Translations under genes and position numbers: made by a program
Shown here: in pieces, positions 46,594 to 56,625 of the stretch
How positions within the stretch are numbered: position 1 is the stretch's first letter
Layout: each line of letters opens with the position of its first letter
Assembly (NCBI GenBank): GCA_964625535.1
Contig: CAZVEX010000002.1
Coordinates: 21,559-85,558, forward strand
DNA: 64,000 bases
Reading direction: 5' to 3'
From: an uncultured Gammaproteobacteria bacterium
GTDB lineage: Bacteria; Patescibacteriota; Microgenomatia; Daviesbacterales; UBA10151
The notes under the pieces: generated by a model
Database searches by the model: none
Told to the model about the DNA's origin: nothing
The model's input: the letters and a program-made list of their open reading frames with translations, nothing else

Positions 46594-46955
46594 ACCTCCT
46601 GGGCCAGAGAAACAATTTTGTTGTAACCGGCATCCCTTACTTCTCTGGCGATTGGCCCGAATATGCGGGTTGCCCGCAAGTTCCCGTCATTATCAATCAC
46701 AACTGCCGCATTATCGTCAAACTTTATATACGAACCGTCTCTTCTTCTTAATTCTTTTTTAGTTCGCACGATTACGGCTCTTACTACCTCGTGATTTTTA
46801 ACCTGACCCTCCGGATCTGCCCCCTTAACCACTGCTACCACCAGCTGACCCAAGGTAGCCTTTCTTTTTCCCGATCCGCCCAGAGGTTGAATTACTTGCA
46901 AAACCTTTGCCCCACTGTTATCCGCCACAATCAGTCTTGTCCTATGTTGTACCAT
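46587..46955 (-). CDS. rplN: 50S ribosomal protein L14
   Basis: [17 protein letters not shown]. The internal Met (aa 12 of the ORF-track entry) is preferred as the start, giving 122 aa. Confidence 0.85.
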   Translation of the reverse strand: MVQHRTRLIVADNSGAKVLQVIQPLGGSGKRKATLGQLVVAVVKGADPEGQVKNHEVVRAVIVRTKKELRRRDGSYIKFDDNAAVVIDNDGNLRATRIFGPIAREVRDAGYNKIVSLAQEVW

Positions 46956-47259
46956 GCTTTTTAGACTCCTTTTGTGATACCTCTGCAATAATCTCTTCTG
47001 CCGACTCTTTTAATTTTTCCTCTGCAATCTCTGCCAAATTCTTACCCTTCACTTGAACAATCTTCCAGTGTTTATACTTAGAAACAGGCTTTGTTTTAAC
47101 TATATCCACCACATCTCCCTCTTTTGTCTGCAGTAAGTCATGAACCAAATATTTCTTGCTGCGAATATAGGTTTTCTTGTAAAGCGGATGGGTCGCTTTT
47201 CGCTCTACCAATACCGTAGCCGTATTTTTTGATTTCGTCGAAACTACTCTGCCTATCAT
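46942..47259 (-). CDS. rpsQ: 30S ribosomal protein S17
   Basis: [27 protein letters not shown]. Confidence 0.9.
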   Translation of the reverse strand: MIGRVVSTKSKNTATVLVERKATHPLYKKTYIRSKKYLVHDLLQTKEGDVVDIVKTKPVSKYKHWKIVQVKGKNLAEIAEEKLKESAEEIIAEVSQKESKKHGTT

Positions 47260-47474
47260 TTTGCCTCCAGTTCTTCAAGCAGTTGCTTCTGTCTGATAAT
47301 TGTTAAAATCTTGGCCAGAACCTTTCTTTTCTTGAAAACCAATTTGGTATCTTTTAGCTTATTCATATTTTTATCTAAAACTGCATCCTCGATTTCTTTT
47401 CTTAAAATCTTTGCCTTGGCAAATAGCTCTTGAACAGATAACCCTTTTATTTGATTTAATTCATTTTTTTTCAT
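47256..47474 (-). CDS. rpmC: 50S ribosomal protein L29
   Basis: 72-aa helical L29 pattern at its conserved position. Confidence 0.85.
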   Translation of the reverse strand: MKKNELNQIKGLSVQELFAKAKILRKEIEDAVLDKNMNKLKDTKLVFKKRKVLAKILTIIRQKQLLEELEAK

Positions 47475-47480
47475 TGTTCA

Positions 47481-47894
47481 TTACCCCTTTTCCACAAAAT
47501 GAGTCTTAATCGGCAATTTATGAGCTGCCAGGCGTAGAGCTTCCCTGGCAATTTCTCCTGTCACGGCGCCCATCTCAAAAATCAGTTGACCCGGTTTAAT
47601 CACGGCCACATATCCTTCCACATCTCCTTTTCCGGAACCCATTCTTGACTCGGCAGGATGTTTAGTCACAGGCTTATCCGGAAATGCCCGTATCCAAATA
47701 CGACCACCCCGTTGGGTATAATGAGCCATGGCTCGCCTGGCCGACTCCAGTTGTCTGGAACTTAACCAACCTGCCTCCATAGCCTTCAGGCCATATTGAC
47801 CAAAAGAAATGCTGCTGTTGCGAGTAGCTATCCCTGTTCTTTTGCCTTTAAAAGTTTTCCTATGTTTTGTTCTCTTCGGTTGTAACAGCGCCAT
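47481..47894 (-). CDS. rplP: 50S ribosomal protein L16
   Basis: [14 protein letters not shown]-terminus. Confidence 0.9.
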   Translation of the reverse strand: MALLQPKRTKHRKTFKGKRTGIATRNSSISFGQYGLKAMEAGWLSSRQLESARRAMAHYTQRGGRIWIRAFPDKPVTKHPAESRMGSGKGDVEGYVAVIKPGQLIFEMGAVTGEIAREALRLAAHKLPIKTHFVEKG

Positions 47895-47895
47895 A

Positions 47896-48537
47896 TTAAA
47901 TTTCTACCTCCCCCTTGTTAATCCAAACTTTCACTCCCACAAATCCGGACTTGGTTAGAGCCGGATAAGCGGTAAAGTCAATGTTTGCCCGCAAAGTATG
48001 TAAAGGCATACTGCCTTGAGCTTTCCACTCCCGTCTCGCGATCTCTGCTCCTCCGATTCTACCGGAAATAACAATCCGTATCCCTTTTGCCCCTGCTCTC
48101 ATGACTCTATCTATAGTCTGATTCATCACCCTCTGGGCCGGCAATCTTTTAACCAATTGTTCTGCCACGGCCTGGGCCACCAAGTAAGCCGAAAGGTCGG
48201 CGCTTTTAAGTTCCATGGGCGCAATTTCCAAACTATTTTCCTCCTTAATGTTTAGTTCCTTCACTAAAAACTTCTTCAGTTCGCTCAACCCTGCTCCGCC
48301 CCGACCGATCAAAACCCCCGGTCTGGACACAAAAATAATCACTTTTAATTTATTAATTGACCTTTCAATCTCAACCGCGCCTATGCCTGCCGGACGCAGT
48401 TTTTTCATCAGCAACTGCCTGATTTTAATATCTTCCGCCAAAAACTTACTATATTTGCTGTCTGTCGCAAACCAGCGAGACTGCCAGCTTGCGCCAATAC
48501 CCATTCTAAATCCAACCGGGTGAATCTTTTGACCCAT
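47896..48537 (-). CDS. rpsC: 30S ribosomal protein S3
   Basis: [14 protein letters not shown]-terminus with a KH domain. Confidence 0.9.
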   Translation of the reverse strand: MGQKIHPVGFRMGIGASWQSRWFATDSKYSKFLAEDIKIRQLLMKKLRPAGIGAVEIERSINKLKVIIFVSRPGVLIGRGGAGLSELKKFLVKELNIKEENSLEIAPMELKSADLSAYLVAQAVAEQLVKRLPAQRVMNQTIDRVMRAGAKGIRIVISGRIGGAEIARREWKAQGSMPLHTLRANIDFTAYPALTKSGFVGVKVWINKGEVEI

Positions 48538-48539
48538 GG

Positions 48540-48890
48540 TTACTTTTCCTCCTTCGGCCTAGAGTCAGAAGAGTCAGATAGGACGATTTTAATGTGGCTC
48601 ATTTTTCTTTTGTATGGTCTTGCTCTGCCTCTGGCGCCTGCCCGGAATCTTCGCATTTTTGGACCCTCATTGACCTCAATTGTTTTAAAACTAATTTTTT
48701 CCATACCTTTTGTCTTGGCATTAGCCACGACAGTTTTAATGGCTTTTATTAAATCCCCGCCGGCACCTTTATTAGTAAATCGTAAAGTCTCTAGGGCTTT
48801 AACAGGTTCCATTTTACGCACCAAACTTGCCACCAGCCGCAACTTGCGGGGCGAGGTATGCATATATTTTTGTATAGTTGTAGCTTCCAT
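48540..48890 (-). CDS. rplV: 50S ribosomal protein L22
   Basis: 116-aa L22 pattern. Confidence 0.9.
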   Translation of the reverse strand: MEATTIQKYMHTSPRKLRLVASLVRKMEPVKALETLRFTNKGAGGDLIKAIKTVVANAKTKGMEKISFKTIEVNEGPKMRRFRAGARGRARPYKRKMSHIKIVLSDSSDSRPKEEK

Positions 48891-49178
48891 CTATGTTTTC
48901 TCCAAAGTTCTCTTTGTCACTGTACCATGAGATCTAAATATCCTGGTTGGGGCAAACTCACCTAATCTATGGCCAACCATACTCTCACCCACATATACAG
49001 TCACAAAATTCTTGCCCTGATGGACCAGAAAAGTATGTCCCACAAAATCCGGCGGGATCTGTGATCTTCTGGCCCAGGTTTTAATGGGGTCTTTTTTAGC
49101 TAGACTTTTTTGAGCTAAAACTTTTTTCAATAATTTTTCATCAATGTAGGGACCTTTTTTACTCGATCTAGCCATCAT
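48891..49178 (-). CDS. rpsS: 30S ribosomal protein S19
   Basis: [16 protein letters not shown] ... [12 protein letters not shown]. Confidence 0.9.
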   Translation of the reverse strand: MMARSSKKGPYIDEKLLKKVLAQKSLAKKDPIKTWARRSQIPPDFVGHTFLVHQGKNFVTVYVGESMVGHRLGEFAPTRIFRSHGTVTKRTLEKT

Positions 49179-49909
49179 TTCCTCCTTTTGATAATATATC
49201 TATCAGAATATTTTCCTTTTTTTCTGGTCTTGCCAACAGCCGGTTTGCCATATTTGGTCATTGGTCGTTTGCGTCCGATTCCGGATCTTCCTTCTCCTCC
49301 ACCATGCGGGTGAGAATCCGGGTCTTGGGCCACACCCCGGACAGTTGGTCTAATACCCATATGGCGAGATCTGCCTGCTTTACCTAAAACTCTTTGTCTA
49401 ATCTCTTCATTACCCAAACTGCCTATAGTGGCCATGGACTGCAAAGGTACCATTCTAACCTCACCACTAGGCATTTTCAAATGGGCAAAGTTACCCTCTT
49501 TGGCTAAGATTTGTAAAGCGCTACCTGCACTGCGGCCCAACTGGCCACCTTTTCCGGGTATTAGCTCCACATTGTGAACTAAAGTTCCTACGGTAATATT
49601 TTTAAGCTTCATGGCATGACCAACTTTAACTTCAACTTTTTCTCCGGAAATGATTTTTTGCTTAGCTTTTAAATCTTTAGGTACCAGGATATATCGATAC
49701 TCTCCGTCGCTATATTTAATTAAAGCAATCTCCACATTTCTGTTTGGATCATATTCCAAAGCCACCACTTCACCTTCCACCCCAAACTTATCCCTTTTGA
49801 AATCAATAATTCTATAATATCTTTTATGCCTTCCTCCCTGGCCTCTCACGGTCACCCGACCTTTAGACCTGCCTGAATGTTTTTTTAGTATTTTTCTTAA
49901 ACTTTTCAT
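49175..49909 (-). CDS. rplB: 50S ribosomal protein L2 (N-terminally ~30 aa shorter than typical)
   Basis: [18 protein letters not shown] ... HPHGGGEGR. Its start forms an ATGA overlap with the rplW stop. Confidence 0.9.
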   Translation of the reverse strand: MKSLRKILKKHSGRSKGRVTVRGQGGRHKRYYRIIDFKRDKFGVEGEVVALEYDPNRNVEIALIKYSDGEYRYILVPKDLKAKQKIISGEKVEVKVGHAMKLKNITVGTLVHNVELIPGKGGQLGRSAGSALQILAKEGNFAHLKMPSGEVRMVPLQSMATIGSLGNEEIRQRVLGKAGRSRHMGIRPTVRGVAQDPDSHPHGGGEGRSGIGRKRPMTKYGKPAVGKTRKKGKYSDRYIIKRRK

Positions 49910-50334
49910 TTTCCGGTAATTACCTTTCTTTGAGTTGTCGGAGCTGCTCCTGTAGCACCTCTCTCAACCTTAACCTTGGTTCTTCTTAAAATATCTTTTT
50001 TCTCTTTAACTATCATTGGTTCGCTCTCGGCAGTTGTAACCGCTACTTCTTCCTTTGGTGCTTCAAAAATGGCAATCTTTTGATCTTTAGCAATTTGCAC
50101 AATGGCTTTTTTAAAACCTGTTGTCCGGTAAAATTTTCTCACTCTTTTCTGTGATTTAGTTACGCCTTTAATGTTTACCATTTTGACTTTCAGAACTTTG
50201 ACATTAAACTTATCAGCCACTTTTTTGGCAACTAGCGGCTTGGTAGCATTTTTATCTACCTGAAAAGTATAAAAACCTTTGCCTGCCAGTTGCATGGATT
50301 TCTCCGTCACGATTGGTTTTTGCAAAATAATCAC
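49906..50334 (-). CDS. rplW: 50S ribosomal protein L23 with a ~45-aa C-terminal extension
   Basis: The N-terminal 95 aa are L23-like. The C-terminal tail ends ...[20 protein letters not shown]. Confidence 0.85.
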   Translation of the reverse strand: MIILQKPIVTEKSMQLAGKGFYTFQVDKNATKPLVAKKVADKFNVKVLKVKMVNIKGVTKSQKRVRKFYRTTGFKKAIVQIAKDQKIAIFEAPKEEVAVTTAESEPMIVKEKKDILRRTKVKVERGATGAAPTTQRKVITGK

Positions 50335-50996
50335 AGCTTGCCTCCTAATTTTTCCACAGCATCTTTAGTCAATAATAAAACTCTATGCTTCAAAACTTCA
50401 TAAGCATTAATCTGATTTGAGGTTAAAATATTTGTTCCGGGAATATTTCTGGATGCCCTAACCGCATTATCCGTTTTTTCACCAGTCACAATAAGCACAT
50501 TTTTAATTTTTAGCTTATCAATAAGTTTTGCCATCTCTTTTGTCTTTCCGGAAGCTTTTTCCAAACCGGAAACCCCCAAAATTTCTTTGTCCGCCATTTT
50601 AGAAGATAAAGCCGATATTAAGGCTATCTTTTTCATCTTCTGCGGCAGCGAGAGTCTAACTCGCCTTGGTTTTGGCCCAAAAACTATCCCACCGCCCACA
50701 AAAATCGGTGCCCTAATAGCACCGTGTCTTGCTCTTCCCGTGCCTTTTTGTTTGTAAATTTTGGCTGTTGAACCTCTGACTTCTCCCCGGGTTTTAGTGG
50801 AGGCAGTAAAGTTTTTTTGGTTGGTCATATAAACTCTAACTGCTTGTACCAATAATTTTTTGTTGACCTTCTGCCCAAAAATTTCTTTGGGAAGTTGCAT
50901 AGTCCCCACAGATCTACCTGTTAGTGAGTACATGGGAACTGAAAGGCCACCAGTTTTTAGTTTTAAGTTTTTAGTTTTAAGTTTTTTAATTGGCAT
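50331..50996 (-). CDS. rplD: 50S ribosomal protein L4
   Basis: 221-aa L4 pattern. Confidence 0.9.
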   Translation of the reverse strand: MPIKKLKTKNLKLKTGGLSVPMYSLTGRSVGTMQLPKEIFGQKVNKKLLVQAVRVYMTNQKNFTASTKTRGEVRGSTAKIYKQKGTGRARHGAIRAPIFVGGGIVFGPKPRRVRLSLPQKMKKIALISALSSKMADKEILGVSGLEKASGKTKEMAKLIDKLKIKNVLIVTGEKTDNAVRASRNIPGTNILTSNQINAYEVLKHRVLLLTKDAVEKLGGKL

Positions 50997-51690
50997 CTTT
51001 TACTCCTTCTTCGGGTGCCGAAGCCTCTGGCGAAGGCCCTTCTTCCTCTGGCTTTTCCTCTGGCGGAGGAGTATAACCTTTTATCCTCCCCAATTTGGTT
51101 ACCATCAACAATCCTTCTGTTGCCCCGGGCACACCGCCCTTGACTATTAACAAATTCTTTTCTCTATCCACTCCCACCACCTCCAGGTTTCTCACGCTGG
51201 CTTTAACCGCTCCCATATGCCCGGCCATTTTTTTGCCTTTATAAACCCTGCCAGGAGTGGTACCGGAACCAATGGAACCGGGAGCGCGGTGGCGGTCCGA
51301 TTGACCATGGGTTTTGGGCCCGCCATGAAAGCCGTGGCGTCTCACCCCACCCTGAAAACCCTTTCCTTTGGAAGTTCCTGTTACCCGAACCGCATCTCCA
51401 ATAGAAAAAACCTGGTCAAGTTTTATATCTTGTCCAGGTTTTAAATCTTGTCCGTCATCTCTAATCTCTCTAAACCAGCGGATAGGTTGTTCAATTCCGG
51501 CTTTTTTAGCATGTCCAATTTGTGGTTTTTTCACTGATTTCTTAGTTCCAAACCCTAGCTGTACCGAATTAGCATTAATTTGGGTAATAAAATTGGGGTC
51601 TATTTCCAAAATAGTAGCCCCGACTCTTCTACCCCTAGAGTCATAAGTTGATGTCATATTTTTTTTAATTCCTAAAAGTGTATTAACCAT
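50986..51690 (-). CDS. rplC: 50S ribosomal protein L3
   Basis: GTKKSVKKPQIGHAKKAG ... FQGGVRRHGFHGG. Confidence 0.9.
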   Translation of the reverse strand: MVNTLLGIKKNMTSTYDSRGRRVGATILEIDPNFITQINANSVQLGFGTKKSVKKPQIGHAKKAGIEQPIRWFREIRDDGQDLKPGQDIKLDQVFSIGDAVRVTGTSKGKGFQGGVRRHGFHGGPKTHGQSDRHRAPGSIGSGTTPGRVYKGKKMAGHMGAVKASVRNLEVVGVDREKNLLIVKGGVPGATEGLLMVTKLGRIKGYTPPPEEKPEEEGPSPEASAPEEGVKDAN

Positions 51691-51725
51691 AAAAAAGAGT
51701 GATCCGCCAAAAGGCTAGATCACTC
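51691..51725 (-). terminator. intrinsic terminator/attenuator-like hairpin between rpsJ and rplC (GAGUGAUC-13nt loop-GAUCACUC + U6), directly abutting the rplC AUG
   Basis: Minus-strand RNA reads GAGUGAUCUAGCCUUUUGGCGGAUCACUCUUUUUUAUG. No SD lies between the U-tract and the AUG. Confidence 0.45.
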
Positions 51726-51866
51726 AGTATCTCGCTTTCAATCGCCGTATCTTGTTTTCGACGCGCGATCTACTGAAATTGACAATTGTTATATCAACCT
51801 GATAATAAAATCATCAGTAAGGAGATTTTACCACAAGCTCAAACTCAAATGCAAGCTGATGGCGGG

Positions 51867-52175
51867 TCACATCTTAACTTCAATATCAACCCCGGCGGGG
51901 ATTTCAAGATGCATTAGGGAATCAATGGTTTTTTGGGTGGGTTCAACAATATCAATCATTCTTTTGTGAGTTTTTATTTCAAAAGCTTCACGGGAATCTT
52001 TATCTGTATGAGGGGAAGTTAAAACAGTAATTCTTTCTGTTTTAGTGGGAAGGGGAATGGGACCGACAATTTTGGCGCCGGTTCTAAGGGCTGTATCCAA
52101 AAGGGATTCGCAGGTGTTATCCAACACCCGATGATCATAACTTTTTAATTTAACGCGAATGCGCCCTCTTGGCAT
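51867..52175 (-). CDS. rpsJ: 30S ribosomal protein S10
   Basis: RIRVKLKSYDHRVLD N-terminus. Confidence 0.9.
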   Translation of the reverse strand: MPRGRIRVKLKSYDHRVLDNTCESLLDTALRTGAKIVGPIPLPTKTERITVLTSPHTDKDSREAFEIKTHKRMIDIVEPTQKTIDSLMHLEIPAGVDIEVKM

Positions 52176-52211
52176 ATTTATTCCCCTTTCAATGTGCTAA
52201 TTGTACTACTT

Positions 52212-53396
52212 TTAAGCTATTATTTTGGTAATAACTCCTGCGCCAACTGTTTTTCCGCCCTCGCGGACAGCAAATCTTAAGCCCTCTTCCATAGCCACCG
52301 GAGTAATTAATTTACCCACAACCTTGACAGTATCACCCGGCATGGCCATTTCCACGCCTTCCGGCAGTTGTACTTCTCCTGTCACATCAGTGGTCCTCAC
52401 ATAAAACTGTGGTCTGTAGCCTTTGAAAAAGGGGGTATGTCTTCCGCCTTCTTCTTTGCTTAATACATAAACTTCCGCTTCAAACTCGGAGTGGGGGGTA
52501 ATAGATCCGGGCTTACTCAGCACCTGGCCTCTTTCCACATCATCTTTTTCAATGCCCCGAAGCAAAATCCCGGCATTATCTCCAGCTTCACCCTGATCAA
52601 GCAGTTTATGAAACATTTCAATGCCGGTCACCACGCTCTTTTTGGTAGGCCTGATTCCCACAATTTCCACCTCTTCATTTACTTTCACAACTCCTCTTTC
52701 AATTCTACCTGTTACCACAGTTCCCCGACCTTTGATGGAGAAGACATCCTCAACAGCCATCAAAAACGGCTTATCTTTATCCCTGACAGGTGTGGGAATC
52801 CACTCGTCAACCTTGGCCATTAATTCTTCAATTGACTTAACTGCCTCTGCATCACCTTCCAAGGCTTTTTTGGCGCTGCCCCTGATAATCGGAGACTGCG
52901 GGTCATACTCATATTTTTTAAGTAAATCACGAATCTCCTCTTCCACCAAATCCAACAGTTCCGCGTCGTCCACCATGTCTACTTTATTTAAATAAACTAC
53001 AATGGCAGGAACCCCCACCTGGCGGGCCAATAGCAAATGCTCTCTGGTTTGGGGCATGGGGCCGTCCGGGGCAGACACCACCAAAATAGCTCCGTCTGTT
53101 TGGGCAGCACCGGTGATCATGTTTTTGATGTAATCTGCGTGTCCCGGCATGTCAATATGAGCATAATGTCTTTTTTCTGTCTCATATTCCTGATGGGAAA
53201 TGTTAATGGTAATGCCTCTAGCTTTTTCTTCGGGGGCGTTGTCAATCTGGTCAACAGAGCGGGCTTCGGCCAAACCTTTGCCGGCCAAAACTTTGGTTAT
53301 GGCTGCGGTTAAAGTGGTTTTACCATGGTCAACATGACCCATGGTACCAATATTAACGTGCGGTTTGCTTCTATCAAATTTTTTTACATCTGCCAT
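52212..53396 (-). CDS. tuf: elongation factor Tu
   Basis: [17 protein letters not shown] and NKVD GTPase motifs. Confidence 0.95.
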   Translation of the reverse strand: MADVKKFDRSKPHVNIGTMGHVDHGKTTLTAAITKVLAGKGLAEARSVDQIDNAPEEKARGITINISHQEYETEKRHYAHIDMPGHADYIKNMITGAAQTDGAILVVSAPDGPMPQTREHLLLARQVGVPAIVVYLNKVDMVDDAELLDLVEEEIRDLLKKYEYDPQSPIIRGSAKKALEGDAEAVKSIEELMAKVDEWIPTPVRDKDKPFLMAVEDVFSIKGRGTVVTGRIERGVVKVNEEVEIVGIRPTKKSVVTGIEMFHKLLDQGEAGDNAGILLRGIEKDDVERGQVLSKPGSITPHSEFEAEVYVLSKEEGGRHTPFFKGYRPQFYVRTTDVTGEVQLPEGVEMAMPGDTVKVVGKLITPVAMEEGLRFAVREGGKTVGAGVITKIIA

Positions 53397-53497
53397 ATTA
53401 TTATCCTTGATTTTACATTAAAAACCAGCCCATTTCAAGCTGGTAAATAAATACTACACTGCATCATCCAAAAATGCAAGAGGGAAGTTTTTAAAAT

Positions 53498-53526
53498 TTG
53501 ACTTCTGGTATTATGGGATTTATAAT
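53498..53526 (+). promoter_or_regulatory. consensus sigma70 promoter TTGACT-17-TATAAT on the plus strand between tuf and fusA
   Basis: TTGACT at 53498-53503, a 17-nt spacer, then TATAAT at 53521-53526. Confidence 0.45.
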
Positions 53527-53556
53527 GAGTCCATTATGGATAAAGGTGGTCCTGAA

Positions 53557-53844
53557 ATGCAGGGAGTGGAAGCTACCATTAATTCTGTGTCTGAAGAGGA
53601 GGTTCAACCACTTACTGCCTTAGGTACGAATATTGAACTACTTCGGGAGGGCTTACCAGCAGATAGTCCACTTCTTCCACTAGTTGAATCCATGGAAAGT
53701 AGTGTTCGATCTTTAGGGGGAATTTTACAAAAATATAGAAAAGCTGTTGAAACAGGAGAGATTACTCTATCTGTATTCCAAAACGGTGCACCCTGTTTGA
53801 ACATTCATAAACATTCAGTTGCTGCTCAAGAACGCCAACCTTAA
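53557..53844 (+). CDS. hypothetical 95-aa protein encoded antisense-oriented between tuf and fusA
   Basis: SD AAAGGTGG sits 7 nt before the ATG at 53557 (an alternative leaderless ATG is at 53536). Its stop overlaps the fusA stop on the opposite strand. Confidence 0.3.
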   Translation: MQGVEATINSVSEEEVQPLTALGTNIELLREGLPADSPLLPLVESMESSVRSLGGILQKYRKAVETGEITLSVFQNGAPCLNIHKHSVAAQERQP

Positions 53845-55907
53845 TGTTCAACTCGGCCAGTGAAGCCGGAGGATTCCACTATTTTGGCGGTAATATTTTG
53901 GGGGACAGGTTCGTAGTGGTCTGCTTCCATGTAATAAGTGGCCCGGCCCTGGGACATACTTCTAATAGTGGTCGCATAACCATGCATCTCGGCTAAAGGC
54001 ACCAAAGCCAACACCACTTTGGCATTGCCCCTTTGTTCCGAAGATAAAATCTGTGCTCTTTTGCTGGATAAATCACCGATAATATCTCCCAGAAACTCCT
54101 CCGGAGTGGTTACCTCCACCTTCATAATTGGCTCAAGGAGTATCATGTCAGCTTTTTTAGCTGCTTCTGATAAACCTAATGAGGCGGCAATCTTAAAGGC
54201 TATTTCGGATGAATCTACATCATGGAAAGATCCATCGTAAACTGTTACTTTGATATCGGTTAAAGGGTATCCTGCCAAAATTCCCGTATCCTCCTTTTCA
54301 ATGACTCCTTTTTCAATCGGGGGAATAAACTCCCGGGGAATAGCTCCGCCCACCACTTTAGATTCAAATTCCCGGCCCTGGCCCCGGGGAAGAGGTTCAA
54401 TACGCAGCAAACAATGTCCATATTGTCCCCGGCCGCCGGTTTGACGAATATATTTACCCTCACCCTCGGCCGGCTTGGTAATAGTCTCTTTGTAGGCCAC
54501 TTGGGGTTGACCCACATTGGCCTCCACTTTAAACTCCCGCTTCATCCTGTCTACCAACACCTCCAGCTGCAGCTCGCCCATACCGGCAATAATAGTTTGT
54601 CCTGTTTCAGCATCAGACTTAACTCTAAAGGTTGGATCTTCTTCCGAAAGCCTGTTTAGCGCATAACCCAGCCTTTCCTGATCTGATTTGGTTTTTGGTT
54701 CAATAGCCAATGATATGACCGGGTCGGGAAAGGTAATTGATTCCAAAATAATGGGTGAGGTTTCATCACACAAAGTATTGCCCGTGATAGTATCTTTTAA
54801 GCCTACTGCTGCCACAATCTCTCCTCCGTAGGCTTCATCAATTTCCTCCCGGTCATTGGCATGCATTAACAGCAACCTGCCCACTCTTTCTTTGATTTGC
54901 TTGGTGGAGTTGTAAACATAAGAACCCGATTTTAAAGTGCCTGAATAAACCCTGATATAAGTAAGCTTTCCCACATGGGGATCAACTTGAATTTTAAAAG
55001 CTAATGCGGAAAGAGGGCTGGAAGCATCTGCTTTTTCCACATCTTGCGGGGAAGGCAGATATTCTATCACCGCATCTAACATGGGCTGAACACCTTTATT
55101 GCGAAGCGAACTTCCTGCCAAGACAGGCACAATTTTATTCTCAATTACAGCTTTTCTCAAAGCTTGTTTTAGCTCTTCCACGGAAATTTCCTGACCGTTT
55201 AGATATTTTTCCATTAACACATCATCTGTACCTGAAATCTCTTCCACCAGTTCTTCTCTGGCTTGCTTAACTTCATCTACCATATCAGCAGGAATTTCTA
55301 CCTCGTTAAATTTAGCCCCGGTTGTATCACCTTCCCAAATTATGGCTTTTTGGGTCAATAAATCCACCACGCCCTTAAAATCATTTTCTTTGCCAATTGG
55401 CAGATTGTAAGCCACAGCATTGGCCCCCAGTTTATCCCGGGCACTTTGAATTGTGCCCAGAAAATCCGCCCCCACCACATCCATTTTATTAGCAAAAGCA
55501 ATTAAAGGCACATTATATTTATTAGCCTGTCTCCAAACGGTTTCGGTTTGGGACTGCACCCCGGATGATGCATCCAACACAATCACTCCACCATCAAGCA
55601 CGCGCAGAGATCGCTCCACCTCGGCGGTAAAATCAACATGTCCCGGCGTATCAATAATATTAATTCTATGGTCCTTCCAAAAAGTGGTAATGGCCGCGGA
55701 CACAATGGTGATACCCCGCTCTTTTTCCTGCTCCATCCAGTCTGTCACGGTTGTGCCCTCATCAATGTTGCCGATTTTGTAGGTTTTGCCGGTATAAAAA
55801 AGTATCCGCTCGGTGGTGGTGGTTTTGCCGGCATCAATATGGGCAATGATGCCAATGTTTCTAATATATCTTAAGGGAAAATCGCGTTTAGTCTTTTGAA
55901 CAGCCAT
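53841..55907 (-). CDS. fusA: elongation factor G
   Basis: [17 protein letters not shown] and NKMD motifs; 688 aa. Confidence 0.95.
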   Translation of the reverse strand: MAVQKTKRDFPLRYIRNIGIIAHIDAGKTTTTERILFYTGKTYKIGNIDEGTTVTDWMEQEKERGITIVSAAITTFWKDHRINIIDTPGHVDFTAEVERSLRVLDGGVIVLDASSGVQSQTETVWRQANKYNVPLIAFANKMDVVGADFLGTIQSARDKLGANAVAYNLPIGKENDFKGVVDLLTQKAIIWEGDTTGAKFNEVEIPADMVDEVKQAREELVEEISGTDDVLMEKYLNGQEISVEELKQALRKAVIENKIVPVLAGSSLRNKGVQPMLDAVIEYLPSPQDVEKADASSPLSALAFKIQVDPHVGKLTYIRVYSGTLKSGSYVYNSTKQIKERVGRLLLMHANDREEIDEAYGGEIVAAVGLKDTITGNTLCDETSPIILESITFPDPVISLAIEPKTKSDQERLGYALNRLSEEDPTFRVKSDAETGQTIIAGMGELQLEVLVDRMKREFKVEANVGQPQVAYKETITKPAEGEGKYIRQTGGRGQYGHCLLRIEPLPRGQGREFESKVVGGAIPREFIPPIEKGVIEKEDTGILAGYPLTDIKVTVYDGSFHDVDSSEIAFKIAASLGLSEAAKKADMILLEPIMKVEVTTPEEFLGDIIGDLSSKRAQILSSEQRGNAKVVLALVPLAEMHGYATTIRSMSQGRATYYMEADHYEPVPQNITAKIVESSGFTGRVEH

Positions 55908-56128
55908 TATTTTTCCTCCAATTCAGCAATGATTTTTTTGACCTGATCAATCTGCACTCTGAAAGTTTCGGCATCTTCCGTAGCCATGGTATAGGCTGCA
56001 TTTTCCGACAAATCCCCTTCCTCTGCAGCTTGGCCTCGCTTTTGCATAGTTTCTTGAAGATCCGCCTCCAATTTAGCAAGATTATCCTTCCACATCTTCA
56101 ATTTTTCTTGTCTTAACTTTTTGTTCAT
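55907..56128 (-). CDS. GreA/GreB N-terminal coiled-coil domain-only protein
   Basis: 73 aa containing the Gre-factor signature [11 protein letters not shown]. No C-terminal FKBP-like domain. Its stop overlaps the fusA start by 1 nt. Confidence 0.5.
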   Translation of the reverse strand: MNKKLRQEKLKMWKDNLAKLEADLQETMQKRGQAAEEGDLSENAAYTMATEDAETFRVQIDQVKKIIAELEEK

Positions 56129-56221
56129 AGTTTTAAAAAACCTCCCTCAAACTTACGGGAGGCCACTTTTTAATACTACCCTCTTTGCCCTCAAAAGTCA
56201 AGTTTATGTATGCTATAATAG

Positions 56222-56257
56222 AATTACATAATACTTTATGTAATGTATTATGTAATT
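56222..56257. promoter_or_regulatory. perfect 13-bp inverted repeat AATTACATAATAC-N10-GTATTATGTAATT (candidate operator) between TGCTATAAT (-10) and the AbrB-like ATG
   Basis: Seen directly in the sequence. It ends 1 nt before the ATG at 56259, and the TATAAT at 56214-56219 lies just upstream. Confidence 0.5.
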
Positions 56258-56258
56258 C

Positions 56259-56435
56259 ATGCCTACCAGAAAATTGGGTGAGCAAAATATTAGAAAATTA
56301 ACCAAGGCAGGCGGTAAAAGCATTGCCGTAACTATTCCTATAGAATTTGTTAGAGAGTTGGGCTGGAAGGAAAAACAAAAAGTCAGGGTAGATCTGGAGC
56401 GCAAAAAGCTCATTATCAAAGACTGGAAGGAATGA
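56259..56435 (+). CDS. AbrB/MazE/SpoVT-family (swapped-hairpin) small DNA-binding protein, antitoxin-like, no adjacent toxin
   Basis: Hand translation MPTRKLGEQNIRKLTKAGGKSIAVTIPIEFVRELGWKEKQKVRVDLERKKLIIKDWKE. It is not in the ORF track. Confidence 0.5.
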   Translation: MPTRKLGEQNIRKLTKAGGKSIAVTIPIEFVRELGWKEKQKVRVDLERKKLIIKDWKE

Positions 56436-56518
56436 TTAATATATCAACAGTTATCCCATGAGATTCAAAAATAATTGTTACCATTTTATCCTTAAATTAA
56501 TTACTATAGCACTATAGG

Positions 56519-56616
56519 TTGACAGTTGTGAATTTTTATCATATAATTCAACTATCTACAATAACACTCGGTCGGTAAATTTTAGAGGGCTTTTTATGAG
56601 GCCCTCTTTTTTGTAC
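56519..56616 (+). ncRNA. candidate ~60-nt sRNA: consensus promoter TTGACA-17-TATAAT (56519-56547) then an intrinsic terminator (AGAGGGC-10nt loop-GCCCTCT + T6, 56584-56616)
   Basis: The promoter and terminator are both near-ideal and 37 nt apart. The 5' ~26 nt of the transcript (56554-56580) is an imperfect direct copy of 56663-56691 inside the tRNA-like element. It would therefore be antisense-complementary to that RNA. Confidence 0.45.
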
Positions 56617-56625
56617 TGTTTTATT

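Noticed and set aside
49890-49990. Hidden frameshifted L2 N-terminus within the rplW 3' region
   Set aside because: Translating the other two frames gives stops and no L2-like sequence. The L23 extension is in the rplW frame up to a TGA that overlaps the rplB ATG.
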